NCBI GenBank assembly: GCA_028282585.1
Contig: JANQHR010000115.1
Coordinates: 1 to 33,884 of the forward strand
From: Bacteroidales bacterium
Lineage (GTDB): Bacteria > Bacteroidota > Bacteroidia > Bacteroidales > UBA12077
Direction: 5' to 3'
Length of the DNA: 33,884 nt
The position numbers and the translations under genes were made by a program. The stretch's first letter is position 1, and every line of letters starts with the position of its first letter. Below are positions 9,710 to 19,335 of the stretch, in pieces. The notes under the pieces were generated by a model, which searched no databases, was not told the origin of the DNA, and worked only from the letters and a program-made list of their open reading frames with translations.

Positions 9710-10648
9710 TTAAACTTCTCTTATAGGTTTAAATCCGTTCCCCAGAACCTCATGTGCATCAATAACAGTCATAAATGCATTCGGATCAATCTCTTTAATA
9801 AAATCTTGAAGTACTCCTTGTTCTCTCCTGTTAACATTAGTAAAGATAATCTTCTTATCCAAGCCTTTATACATTCCAACACCATTTATAAGAGTACCTC
9901 CTCTATTCAAATCTTTTATGATCTTATCTCTAATTTCTTCATATTTATCAGAAATAATAAATAATGCTTTATCATAACTAACACCTTGCATAACGGCGTC
10001 AATAACTTTTCCGGTAATATATATTACAATCCATGAATATAACGGAATTTTCCAATCCTTAAACACTAATAATCCTAACAATACAATAACGGAATCAACA
10101 ACAATTAATAAAAGTCCAAGGGACATTCTTGTATATTTTGCAGCTATCATCGCTATTATATCGGACCCTCCTGATGTAGCTCTTGTTTTAAAAATTAGGG
10201 CAAGACCAAACCCTATTAATACTCCACCAAAAATACATGACAAGAGAACATCGTCTACTAAAGCGCCATCAAATCTTTCATCTAAAAAATCAATAAATAT
10301 GGAAGAAAATATAAAGCCAACAACTGTTTTAACACCGAATCTGGGTCCAAGAATCTTTATACCCATTATGGTCAAAGGGATATTAAGCATCAAACCCACG
10401 AAACCAATTCCAAGTCCATCCTGGAAAATTGGTTCCTTTAAAAATGGCAGTTTAATTCCATCTCCCATAATGTCAGCCGTAATGTTTTTAACAACAATAC
10501 CGATACCATAAACACCTCCCGGAACAATCTTGTGAGGATCTATGAAATAAACAAATCCTGCTGCTAGAATAAAAGAACCAATAACTATTAAAGTATAGCT
10601 ATAAAACCATTCTTTTGAAAGAAATTTCTCCTTTTTAACAAATGTCAT
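9710..10648 (-). CDS. YitT-family membrane protein (DUF161 + DUF2179)
   Basis: IVPGGVYG, NIPL, ATSGGSDI, RGGT and IDPNAF..EVLGNGF motifs; multiple TM helices. Confidence 0.9.
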   Translation of the reverse strand: MTFVKKEKFLSKEWFYSYTLIVIGSFILAAGFVYFIDPHKIVPGGVYGIGIVVKNITADIMGDGIKLPFLKEPIFQDGLGIGFVGLMLNIPLTIMGIKILGPRFGVKTVVGFIFSSIFIDFLDERFDGALVDDVLLSCIFGGVLIGFGLALIFKTRATSGGSDIIAMIAAKYTRMSLGLLLIVVDSVIVLLGLLVFKDWKIPLYSWIVIYITGKVIDAVMQGVSYDKALFIISDKYEEIRDKIIKDLNRGGTLINGVGMYKGLDKKIIFTNVNRREQGVLQDFIKEIDPNAFMTVIDAHEVLGNGFKPIREV

Positions 10649-10740
10649 TATAAATTGATTTTAAATTTTGAGCTTAAATTTCGCGGCAAAAATATATTTT
10701 TTTTACTTGATTTTGAGGATTTAAATTAAATTTATTAAAT

Positions 10741-10768
10741 AAAAAAACAAGGAGCATAACTCCTTGTT
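10741..10768 (-). terminator. Intrinsic terminator of the USP gene
   Basis: AACAAGGAG-CATAA-CTCCTTGTT with an A-run on the left, which is a U-tail on the minus strand. Confidence 0.75.
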
Positions 10769-10795
10769 CAATAACAATTTATATTTTAATTATAA

Positions 10796-11629
10796 TTAAC
10801 CTCCGGTTGCACTAAAGGTTCCGTAACGACTTAAATCCGTTCTTGGATTAACAACCATTACTGGAATTTTAGCAGTGTTTGCTATGATATATTGCTCTTG
10901 TGCACCTAAAACGTAATCAGTAATTCCAATTCCTTTTGTTGTCATAATCAAAATCATATCTGCATCTACCTTTTGTGCAAACGCTATCGACTCTTCAGCA
11001 GAATTACTCCCCTTGATTTTATGTAATTCATATTCACAATCATATTTTTCAAGGATTTTTTCTGCAAAATGAACGTTTGCCATCAATTTTGCATTCAATG
11101 ATTTGTCCTTAATCGTTGGAACAATTATATTGATTTTTACATCGAAATATTTAACCAGGAATAAGGCCCACTGTAACTTTTGTTTTGCCTCGCTTCTATA
11201 ATCAAGAGGAAAAACTATATCTTTAAATATTTCTTTCTTTGTTGGTGGTTCCTGAATTACAATGAACGGAATTTTTGATCCCACAATCACTTTAAGTGCA
11301 TAACTTCCGGTAAACTTCTGCATTCCTTTTATTCCATGGGTCCCCATAATAACCATACTCACATTGTTTTCGGAAGCATAATCCGAAATTACATGGAACA
11401 AACTTCCTTCAAGAACTAACGGATGAAGTTCTACGCTATATTTTGTATTTAATTTTTCTATATCTTTATTTAGTTCTTCAAGAGCTTCTTCTCCCTTTTT
11501 CAGAGACTTTACTACGTGAATAAGCGTAATTTGATTTTTTAGCTTACTAGCAATTTTAACTGCATGTTGCAAAGCAGATTCAGCAACTTCCGTAAAATCC
11601 CAAGGAACCAATAATATGTCTTTTTCCAT
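10796..11629 (-). CDS. Universal stress protein (tandem USP domains)
   Basis: ILLVPWDF, ITLIHV, VIMGTHG..GS; second domain with IVFPLD and IPVMVV. Confidence 0.9.
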   Translation of the reverse strand: MEKDILLVPWDFTEVAESALQHAVKIASKLKNQITLIHVVKSLKKGEEALEELNKDIEKLNTKYSVELHPLVLEGSLFHVISDYASENNVSMVIMGTHGIKGMQKFTGSYALKVIVGSKIPFIVIQEPPTKKEIFKDIVFPLDYRSEAKQKLQWALFLVKYFDVKINIIVPTIKDKSLNAKLMANVHFAEKILEKYDCEYELHKIKGSNSAEESIAFAQKVDADMILIMTTKGIGITDYVLGAQEQYIIANTAKIPVMVVNPRTDLSRYGTFSATGG

Positions 11630-11855
11630 AATTTTTAAAGTTTACATAACACTCTAAACATGTAAATTTCGAATGGAAAAGTTAAACAAATCTTATATGA
11701 TATGCAAAACTTTTTTTAAAAATAATTTATTGTTTATCCTTTGTAAAGCCCAACCAATCTAAGTTTATGTGTTTTTTAACGCCTCAATATAAAAAGTTAT
11801 AATGCTATATTTCTTAACATTATTATATATTTTAAGATGTTTTAACAAAATATAC

Positions 11856-11872
11856 TTATTGTTTTCCAATAA
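11856..11872. promoter_or_regulatory. Palindromic operator upstream of the DUF2975-XRE operon
   Basis: TTATTG-N5-CAATAA about 46 nt before the ATG. Assignment to the operon's HTH protein is inference. Confidence 0.5.
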
Positions 11873-11918
11873 TTTTTTTTTCTTTTGTCTTCTACAATAA
11901 AAAAGAGCTATTTAATTT

Positions 11919-12566
11919 ATGGACACACAAAAAATTAAAAACAAGAAAGTAATTGACTTTATCTATTGGATATTGACAATTTTACTTGGTATCGGAGGAT
12001 TAACTCTGGCACTTTCCGCTCTACTTTTCTTTTTAACCTTGCTAAACCCCAACTTTGAACCGTTTTTTCCTATTGTAGACATACCTCTGGAAATAGAGGA
12101 AAGTGCTACTTTAGAATTAAAAAATGGAAATATATTTGACATATTAGTAGATGGAGTAAATGTATCATTTAATATAAATGATAGCTATGGATTTGCGGGA
12201 ATACTAAACTATTTGTTTTTCGTTTCAATTTTAATAATAGCATTTTACATTGTTTTACTTTTATGGAAGATTTTTAAATCAATCCGTTCTTCTCTTAAAA
12301 ATGAGAATCCTTTTCATTTTAAAAATATCTGGAGAATTCGTAAAATTGCAATTGCAATATTACTTTCTGCGATTTTGGAGATTTTATACCCTCTAATTCT
12401 TAAATATGTCTGGTTTGAAAAACTAAATATGCTAGATAAAGCATTTTCATTTAAATTAGATTTTGAAGCTTCTATAAACCTCTTTTGGGCTCTTATAGTA
12501 ATAGTTATAGCCGAAATCTATAGAATTGGATTAGAAATGAAAAAAGAACAAGAATTTACTATTTAA
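11919..12566 (+). CDS. DUF2975-family membrane protein
   Basis: Four TM segments; NPF...N..RIR; C-terminal IAEIYRIGLEMKKEQEFTI; followed by the usual small HTH gene. Confidence 0.88.
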   Translation: MDTQKIKNKKVIDFIYWILTILLGIGGLTLALSALLFFLTLLNPNFEPFFPIVDIPLEIEESATLELKNGNIFDILVDGVNVSFNINDSYGFAGILNYLFFVSILIIAFYIVLLLWKIFKSIRSSLKNENPFHFKNIWRIRKIAIAILLSAILEILYPLILKYVWFEKLNMLDKAFSFKLDFEASINLFWALIVIVIAEIYRIGLEMKKEQEFTI

Positions 12567-12580
12567 AATACTTTCAGAAT

Positions 12581-12793
12581 ATGCCGATAATAACTAAACT
12601 AGATAATATTCTAGCTAAACGAAGAATGTCTCTGACGGAACTTTCTGAAAGAGTAGACATTACGATTGCAAACCTTTCAATATTAAAAAGTGGAAAAGCT
12701 AAAGCTATAAGATTTTCTACACTTGAAGCTATATGCAAAGAGCTTAAATGTAGACCGGGAGATATCCTGGATTATGAATCAAATAAAAAATAA
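12581..12793 (+). CDS. Cro/C1-type HTH transcriptional regulator (YozG-like)
   Basis: MSLTELSERVDITIANLSILKSGKAKAIRFSTLEAICKELKCRPGDIL signature. Confidence 0.93.
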   Translation: MPIITKLDNILAKRRMSLTELSERVDITIANLSILKSGKAKAIRFSTLEAICKELKCRPGDILDYESNKK

Positions 12794-12799
12794 AACTTA

Positions 12800-14854
12800 A
12801 TGAAAAAAGTAATATCATTAATAATATTTCTTTTAACAACCACATTATCAAATTCATTACTAGCACAGCATGACCAAGATATTCAAACAAAACCGGTCAA
12901 CATTCCGGAATTAATGTTAGGTGAAAAACAACATTTCACTTTAGATAATGGATTAAAAGTTATTGTTGTTCAGAACTATAGATTTTCCGAATTATTTTAT
13001 CAGATCGTGGTTGATGTGGATCCCATTTTAGAAAACGAAGCAACCGGCTATGTTTCAATGGCTGGAGAATTATTACAATCGGGAACAACAAATAAATCTA
13101 ATATTGAAATAGATGAAGCCATTAATTTAATTGATTCAAAATTAAACACATATAAAAACGGATTGTATGGTATTACGAATTTAAAACATAAAGATGATTT
13201 CTTAAGCATTTTGTCAGATATCTTATTAAATCCGTCTTTTCCTGAAGAAGAAATTGAAAAGTTTAAAAGAAAAAGTATTTCTGATTTAAATTCATCTAAA
13301 ACCAATCCAGCATTTACTTTAAACCTAGTAGGACAAAGGTTAAGAAACCCTAATCATCCTTACGGAGAAATAATGGATGAAAACTCTATTAAAAATATTA
13401 CTCGAGAGCATTTAGTTAAATACTATAATAATTTTTACAAACCAAACACATCATATTTGGTGATTGTTGGAAATATAAGTTTAAATGATGCTAAAAAAGA
13501 TGCTGAAAAGTATTTTGGTTCCTGGGAAAAAGGAAGTGTTCCTAAATACGAATATCAATTTCCAAATAAAAACATAGGTACACGGGTTGCGTTAGTTCAT
13601 AGTGAGAACATTGTTAAGTCTCATATAAGTATTACGTATCCTATAAATTTAAAAGTAGGCGATTCAAATGCTATTCAAGCTATTTTAGCAAATAATGTTT
13701 TTTCAACTCGATTACAAGATAGCCTTAAAGAATACAAAACTTCCGAAGTATATTCGGTACTTACTAAAAACAAACTTGTAGGGAATTTCAATGCTTATGT
13801 TCAAGTGGAAACAGAATTTACGAATGAGGTTATTAATCAATTGATTATTGAAATGACCCGAATGAAAGATGAATTGGTTAGTGATGAAACCTTAGATTAT
13901 TTTAAAGTTATTAGCAATGAAAGTTTTGCCAGATCTCTAGAAAAACCTCGAACTATTGCTCGTTTAGCCTTTAACGCCTTAAAATACAATTTGTCAACAG
14001 ATTACTATCAAACATATCCGGAAAAGGTTGAAGCAATTACTAAGGAACAGATTCAGGCAGCTTCTAGAAAATACATTGATCCTAACCAAGCCATTATTAT
14101 TGTTGTTGGTGATAAAACAAAATTAATGGATGATCTAAAGAAATATAGTTCAAATGGCCAAGTTGAATTATATGATATTTATGGAAATCTTACAAAAGAA
14201 GAAATTAAAAAATCTGTTCCTGAAGGAGTTACAACAAAGTCTGTTTTGAATAATTATTTTGACGCACTCGGTGGAATTGAAAATCTTGAAAAAATTTCTG
14301 ATTTTACTATAGTTTCTAGCGCAAATATGAATGGGATGGAAATCAAGCAAAAAACATATAGTAAAGCTCCGAATAAATATGCAATGATAATGTCTATGAA
14401 TGGCAATGTTATGATGCAGCAGGCTTTCAACGGAGAACGTGGTATTATGAAAAGTTTTCAGGGAGAACAAGAAATTGTGGGTGAGGATCTTGAGAATCTT
14501 AAAATTAATGCAACAATGAATGCTGAATTAAAATATGATGAATTAGGCGTAAAAGCTACTCTTGAGGCAATTGAAGCAATACACAACAAAGACGCGTATA
14601 AATTAAAAATTGTAAAACCTAGCGGTGAAACTACGTATGAATATTTTGACCTGGATTCGGGTTTAAAGGTACAATCAAAACAGATTATTATCACACCGCA
14701 AGGTGAGTTTATTCAAATGCAACATTACTCGAATTATCAAGAAGTTGATAGTATAAAGTTTCCATTTACAATCAAAATTTCTGGTGTACAAAATCTGGAA
14801 TTAAACGTTGATTCAGTTATTATAAATTCAGGATTAAGCGACGATTTGTTTTAA
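12800..14854 (+). CDS. M16 (insulinase) family protein, non-catalytic subunit with extra C-terminal domain
   Basis: Signal peptide; TLDNGLKVIVV; HPYGE; Y.PN...LVIVG; IIVVGD; no HxxEH motif; ~215-aa C-terminal extension (YFDALGG...). Confidence 0.85.
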   Translation: MKKVISLIIFLLTTTLSNSLLAQHDQDIQTKPVNIPELMLGEKQHFTLDNGLKVIVVQNYRFSELFYQIVVDVDPILENEATGYVSMAGELLQSGTTNKSNIEIDEAINLIDSKLNTYKNGLYGITNLKHKDDFLSILSDILLNPSFPEEEIEKFKRKSISDLNSSKTNPAFTLNLVGQRLRNPNHPYGEIMDENSIKNITREHLVKYYNNFYKPNTSYLVIVGNISLNDAKKDAEKYFGSWEKGSVPKYEYQFPNKNIGTRVALVHSENIVKSHISITYPINLKVGDSNAIQAILANNVFSTRLQDSLKEYKTSEVYSVLTKNKLVGNFNAYVQVETEFTNEVINQLIIEMTRMKDELVSDETLDYFKVISNESFARSLEKPRTIARLAFNALKYNLSTDYYQTYPEKVEAITKEQIQAASRKYIDPNQAIIIVVGDKTKLMDDLKKYSSNGQVELYDIYGNLTKEEIKKSVPEGVTTKSVLNNYFDALGGIENLEKISDFTIVSSANMNGMEIKQKTYSKAPNKYAMIMSMNGNVMMQQAFNGERGIMKSFQGEQEIVGEDLENLKINATMNAELKYDELGVKATLEAIEAIHNKDAYKLKIVKPSGETTYEYFDLDSGLKVQSKQIIITPQGEFIQMQHYSNYQEVDSIKFPFTIKISGVQNLELNVDSVIINSGLSDDLF

Positions 14855-14892
14855 TATTTTACACTATACTCTTTTGCAATTTTGTATATTTT

Positions 14893-14928
14893 AAAGGATT
14901 GGTAAGTTTGCCAATCCTTTTCTATTTT
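14893..14928 (+). terminator. Intrinsic terminator
   Basis: AAAGGATTGG-TAAGTTTG-CCAATCCTTT followed by a T-rich tail. Confidence 0.75.
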
Positions 14929-14959
14929 ATACATTCGTAAATAATTTAATTGTAATTTT

Positions 14960-15412
14960 ATGAAAGTTGTAATACAAAGAGTAAATCATGCCTCCGTAAC
15001 AGTCGAGAAAAAATTAAAATCCGAAATAAAAAATGGACTATTAATATTAGTCGGAATTGAAAATGAAGATAATGAAGATGACATTAATTGGTTGAGCAAT
15101 AAAATTATACAGTTACGGATTTTTAATGATGAAGAAGGAGTAATGAATTTATCGGTTAAAGACGTTGATGGTGAAATATTAACTATTAGTCAGTTTACAT
15201 TACATGCCAAAACAAAAAAAGGAAACCGCCCTTCATACCAACAGGCTGCAAAATCAGAAATCTCAGTTCCATTATACAAGAAATTTGTTGGGCAATTAGG
15301 TAAAGATTTAGGTAAAGAAATAAAAACCGGTGAGTTTGGAGCTTATATGAAAGTAACATTAGAAAATGATGGGCCAGTAACCATCATAATAGATTCAAAG
15401 AACAAAACTTAA
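14960..15412 (+). CDS. dtd: D-aminoacyl-tRNA deacylase
   Basis: MKVVIQRV, SQFTL, KGNRPSY, GEFGA.M and NDGPVT motifs. Confidence 0.97.
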   Translation: MKVVIQRVNHASVTVEKKLKSEIKNGLLILVGIENEDNEDDINWLSNKIIQLRIFNDEEGVMNLSVKDVDGEILTISQFTLHAKTKKGNRPSYQQAAKSEISVPLYKKFVGQLGKDLGKEIKTGEFGAYMKVTLENDGPVTIIIDSKNKT

Positions 15413-15415
15413 TAT

Positions 15416-16822
15416 ATGCCATTAAATTCAACAAAATCCTTACAAAAAATAACATTAATAGTTACTTCATTTGCATCTTTTGTAACTCCATTTATAGGAT
15501 CTGCTAATAATATTGCACTTCCTTCTATTGGAAAAGATTTTAATGCGACAGCCGTGGAACTAAGTTGGGTTGCAACGTCATTTCTTCTTTCCGCTGCAGT
15601 TTTTTTAGCTCCATTTGGCAGAATAGCAGATATAATTGGAAGAAAGAAAGTATTTAATTGGGGCCTGATCATTTTTGCTATATCTTCCTTCTTCTGTGCA
15701 TTTTCTCCTAATATTTCGATATTAATCACAATGCGTATTTTTCAAGGAATTGGAGGAGCTTTAATTACCGCATCTATTATGGCGATAATAACTTCTGTTT
15801 TCCCAAAAGAAATACGTGGCAAAGCTATCGGTATTGTAGTCGCTGCCGTATATATTGGCCTCACTCTTGGCCCTTTTTTAGGAGGAATTTTAATTAAAGC
15901 ATATGGATGGGAAAGCGTTTTCTTATTTACAATTCCTTTCGCAATACTATCATTAATTTTGAGTCTGATCTTTTTAAAAGAAGATTTATCTATTCTTAAA
16001 AGGGAACCATTTGATTGGAAAGGATCGCTAATTTTTAGTGCCGCAATTATTTCCTTAATATACGGATTTACAAAACTCCCAGAAATAACTGGAATGGTTT
16101 TAACCTTGACAGGAATAATTTGTACAATCATATTTATTGTATTTGAAAAAAACCAGAACTATCCGGTAATTAATATTAAGCTTTTTCAGGAAAATAAAAT
16201 ATTCGCATATTCAAATTATACAGCACTTATAGTTTATGCATCAACCTTTGCAACTAGCTTCTTATTAAGTCTTTTTTTACAATATATTAAAGGTTTAGAT
16301 CCTATACAAACAGGGCAAATAATTATTATCCAACCTATACTAATGGCGACTTTTTCCCCTTTATCAGGAAAACTATCAGATAAAATAAATCCAGGAAAAG
16401 TTGCAACGGTAGGTATTGTTTTTATAGTAATAGGCCTATTACTTTTATCATTCATAAAAGAAAATAGTAGTATTTGGTTTGTAATACCACTACTTGTAAT
16501 TTTTGGTATTGGATATGCGCTTTTTTCATCTCCAAATGCAAATGACATTATGAGTTCCGTTGAAAAAAAAGATTATGGGTTAGCGTCCGGAACTATTGGT
16601 ACCATGCGGATAGTTGGACAAATGTCGAGTATGGGAATAACTACCATGATTTTTTCAATTATTCTAGGTAACACTACTATAAAAGAGGCGAATTTTTCTG
16701 AGTTTATATTAGGAACCAGAACAATCCTTGTTTCATTTACAATATTTTCATTCGTAGCAATTTATACTTCATATAAACGGATTAAATTTAAAATACATGA
16801 CTATTCAGGAAGCACAAGATAA
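15416..16822 (+). CDS. MFS transporter (14-TM, DHA2/EmrB-QacA-like)
   Basis: NIALPSI; GRIADIIGRKK (motif A); RIFQGIG; GPFLGG; FSSPN. Confidence 0.9.
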   Translation: MPLNSTKSLQKITLIVTSFASFVTPFIGSANNIALPSIGKDFNATAVELSWVATSFLLSAAVFLAPFGRIADIIGRKKVFNWGLIIFAISSFFCAFSPNISILITMRIFQGIGGALITASIMAIITSVFPKEIRGKAIGIVVAAVYIGLTLGPFLGGILIKAYGWESVFLFTIPFAILSLILSLIFLKEDLSILKREPFDWKGSLIFSAAIISLIYGFTKLPEITGMVLTLTGIICTIIFIVFEKNQNYPVINIKLFQENKIFAYSNYTALIVYASTFATSFLLSLFLQYIKGLDPIQTGQIIIIQPILMATFSPLSGKLSDKINPGKVATVGIVFIVIGLLLLSFIKENSSIWFVIPLLVIFGIGYALFSSPNANDIMSSVEKKDYGLASGTIGTMRIVGQMSSMGITTMIFSIILGNTTIKEANFSEFILGTRTILVSFTIFSFVAIYTSYKRIKFKIHDYSGSTR

Positions 16823-17123
16823 GATTGACCAGTGGATTAAAAAATACGGTGTTCGTTATTTCAACGAGCTTACTAATATGGCTCTGCTTACGGAGGAAGT
16901 TGGTGAACTTGCCAGAATTATTGCGCGTAAATATGGTGAGCAATCTTTCAAAGAAAGTGACAAAGAAAAAAAATTAGATGAAGAAATAGCGGATGTACTT
17001 TTTGTTTTGATTTGCATTGCTAATCAAACAGGCGTAAATTTGACGGATGCTCTAACTAAGAGCCTTGATAAAAAAACAAAGAGAGATGCTACCAGGCATC
17101 AGAACAATGAAAAACTAAAATAG
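16797..17123 (+). CDS. MazG-like nucleotide pyrophosphohydrolase (YpjD-like)
   Basis: LTEEVGELAR and EEIADVLFVLICIANQTG motifs. Confidence 0.92.
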   Translation: MTIQEAQDKIDQWIKKYGVRYFNELTNMALLTEEVGELARIIARKYGEQSFKESDKEKKLDEEIADVLFVLICIANQTGVNLTDALTKSLDKKTKRDATRHQNNEKLK

Positions 17124-17126
17124 TAT

Positions 17127-17996
17127 ATGAAAGAGTTACTTGAAAAATACAATGCTGATTTTCTAAATGAAGATATTGAGCAAAAAGTTGCAGTTATTGC
17201 AAATAACAGCCACCAATATACTAATACAGAAAATTTAAAGAAAATATTTAGTTTAATAGATTTAACAAGCTTAAGTACAGAAGATAATACTGATAAAATA
17301 GCTTCGATGACTGGCAAAGTTAATGAATTTAGTAACCACTTCTCTAATATGCCAAATGTTGCTGCAATTTGTGTTTATCCAAGCATGGTAAGTTCTGTAA
17401 AAGAAAATTTGAGTATTGATAATTTGGGTTTAGCGTCAGTTGGAGGTGGATTTCCTTCTTCCCAGACATTTTTAAACATCAAAATCGAAGAATGCAAACA
17501 AGCTATTGAGGCAGGTGCGACAGAAATTGATATTGTTTTGTCAGTTGGTAAATTTTTCGAAGATGATCTTGAATATTGTTATAGAGAAATAAATAACATT
17601 AAATCAGCTATTGGTAATAATCATTTAAAAGTAATACTTGAATCAGGTACATTAAAATCATATCGTCAAATTTGGGAAGCCGCTATCTTATCAATGGAGG
17701 CCGGTGCTGATTTCATAAAAACTTCCACAGGAAAACAAAATCCTGCTGCAACTGTTTATGCTGTTTATGTTATGACCAAAGCGATAAAAATGTTCCACGA
17801 GAAAACAGGTAAAAAAATAGGAATAAAACCCGCAGGAGGAATTGCAAATAAAGAAGATGCACTAGCCTATTTTGCAATCGTTAAAGAAAATCTTGGTGAT
17901 GAATGGCTAAATCCTGTGTTATTTAGAATTGGAGCTAGCAGATTAGCAAATAATTTGCTTTCAGAAATCTATCAAAAAGAAATTAAATATTTTTAA
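17127..17996 (+). CDS. deoC: Deoxyribose-phosphate aldolase
   Basis: IDLTSL, AAICVYP, EIDIV, LKVILE, GADFIKTSTGK, KPAGGI and FRIGAS motifs. Confidence 0.96.
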   Translation: MKELLEKYNADFLNEDIEQKVAVIANNSHQYTNTENLKKIFSLIDLTSLSTEDNTDKIASMTGKVNEFSNHFSNMPNVAAICVYPSMVSSVKENLSIDNLGLASVGGGFPSSQTFLNIKIEECKQAIEAGATEIDIVLSVGKFFEDDLEYCYREINNIKSAIGNNHLKVILESGTLKSYRQIWEAAILSMEAGADFIKTSTGKQNPAATVYAVYVMTKAIKMFHEKTGKKIGIKPAGGIANKEDALAYFAIVKENLGDEWLNPVLFRIGASRLANNLLSEIYQKEIKYF

Positions 17997-18032
17997 AATC
18001 CCCTAACTGCTGTTAAAAAAGTTAAATTATAA

Positions 18033-18175
18033 ATTTTCAGTTACTTTTTGCCCGAACCCAAAAAGGTTAAGCAACTGAAAATCAACACTCGCCTGTCTGC
18101 CCATTTATCCGTCGAGGGAAGACAGGCAAACAATCTCATAAAAAAATTACTTCACTTCGCTCGCTCGTAATGACA
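18033..18175. repeat. Cluster of hairpins / REP-like remnants between convergent genes
   Basis: ATTTTCAGTT..AACTGAAAAT (18033-18082); GCCTGTCT..AGACAGGC (18091-18127); CTTCACTTCGCTCGCTCGTAATGACA (18150-18175). Confidence 0.5.
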
Positions 18176-18184
18176 ACCTTGATT

Positions 18185-19162
18185 TTACTTTTTTCTATTT
18201 ACCACATAGTTTACCAACTCAATCATTGATTGTTTTGACTCGCTTTCAGGAATATCTTTAAGAAGTTCAAGTGCTTTTTGTTGGTATTCATACATTTTTT
18301 CAACGGTGTAATCTAAACCACCATTTTGAATAACGAAATCAATTACTTCCTGGACTTTTTTCTTATTCTTATTATGACGCTTTACTATACCAAGAATTCT
18401 TTTTTTATCTCCGTTTGAAGCATGATTCAAAACATGAATAATTGGTAGGGTAAGTTTTTTCTCTTTAATATCATTTCCGGAAGGTTTACCAATATTTCCA
18501 TTATTTTGGTAATCCAACAAATCATCTTTAATTTGGAAAGCCATTCCTGTATATTCTCCAAATAAACGCATCTTCTCAACCATTTCGTCATCTGCACCGG
18601 TCGATTTTGCACCACAAGCAGTGCATGCGGCAATTAAAGCTGCTGTTTTTTTACGAATTATATTAGAATAAATCTCTTCGGTAATTGCTAATTTCCTGGA
18701 TTGTTGTATCTGCAGTAACTCGCCTTCGCTCATCTCTTTTACTGCTACCGAAACAATTTTTAATAAATCGTATTCATTATTATCAACGGCTAAAAGTAGC
18801 CCTTTAGACAAAAGATAATCTCCTACCAGTACACTTATCTTTGATTTCCACAAAGCATTTATTGAGAAAAATCCGCGTCGCTCATATGCCTCATCCACCA
18901 CATCATCATGAATTAATGTTGCGGTATGTAAAAGTTCGATTAATGAAGCTGCTGTATAAGTGGATTCCTTAACATCGTTTTGTAACATTTTTGAAGTAAG
19001 AAATACAAACATAGGCCGCATTTGTTTTCCCTTTCTTCTAAGAATGTAATTCATAATAACATTGAGTAAAGGAACCTTTGTTTGCATGGAAGAACGGAAA
19101 AATGGCTCAAACTTTTCCATCTCTGTTTTTATGGGAGCTTTTATTTTTTCTACGGTTGACAT
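18185..19162 (-). CDS. ispB: Polyprenyl (octaprenyl-type) diphosphate synthase
   Basis: GKQMRP; FARM LIHDDVVD..RRG; KTA; SARM FQIKDDLLD; GKPSGND. Confidence 0.9.
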   Translation of the reverse strand: MSTVEKIKAPIKTEMEKFEPFFRSSMQTKVPLLNVIMNYILRRKGKQMRPMFVFLTSKMLQNDVKESTYTAASLIELLHTATLIHDDVVDEAYERRGFFSINALWKSKISVLVGDYLLSKGLLLAVDNNEYDLLKIVSVAVKEMSEGELLQIQQSRKLAITEEIYSNIIRKKTAALIAACTACGAKSTGADDEMVEKMRLFGEYTGMAFQIKDDLLDYQNNGNIGKPSGNDIKEKKLTLPIIHVLNHASNGDKKRILGIVKRHNKNKKKVQEVIDFVIQNGGLDYTVEKMYEYQQKALELLKDIPESESKQSMIELVNYVVNRKK

Positions 19163-19181
19163 ATTCTCAAAAATAATACTT

Positions 19182-19189
19182 CAAATATA
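19182..19189 (-). promoter_or_regulatory. Bacteroidota -7 promoter element for ispB
   Basis: TATATTTG on the minus strand (consensus TAnnTTTG) about 20 nt upstream of the ATG, so ispB probably has its own promoter. Confidence 0.55.
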
Positions 19190-19335
19190 GTAATTATATT
19201 AAGGATCAAAATCATTCAAAGTTGGAACTTATACTAAAACAGAAATTCTTTTTTCCAGTTCAATTCTTAAACAGACTTTTTAATTATTATAATGATTGAA
19301 CTTAGGAAACAAACAACTGAGATTAAATTTTAAAG

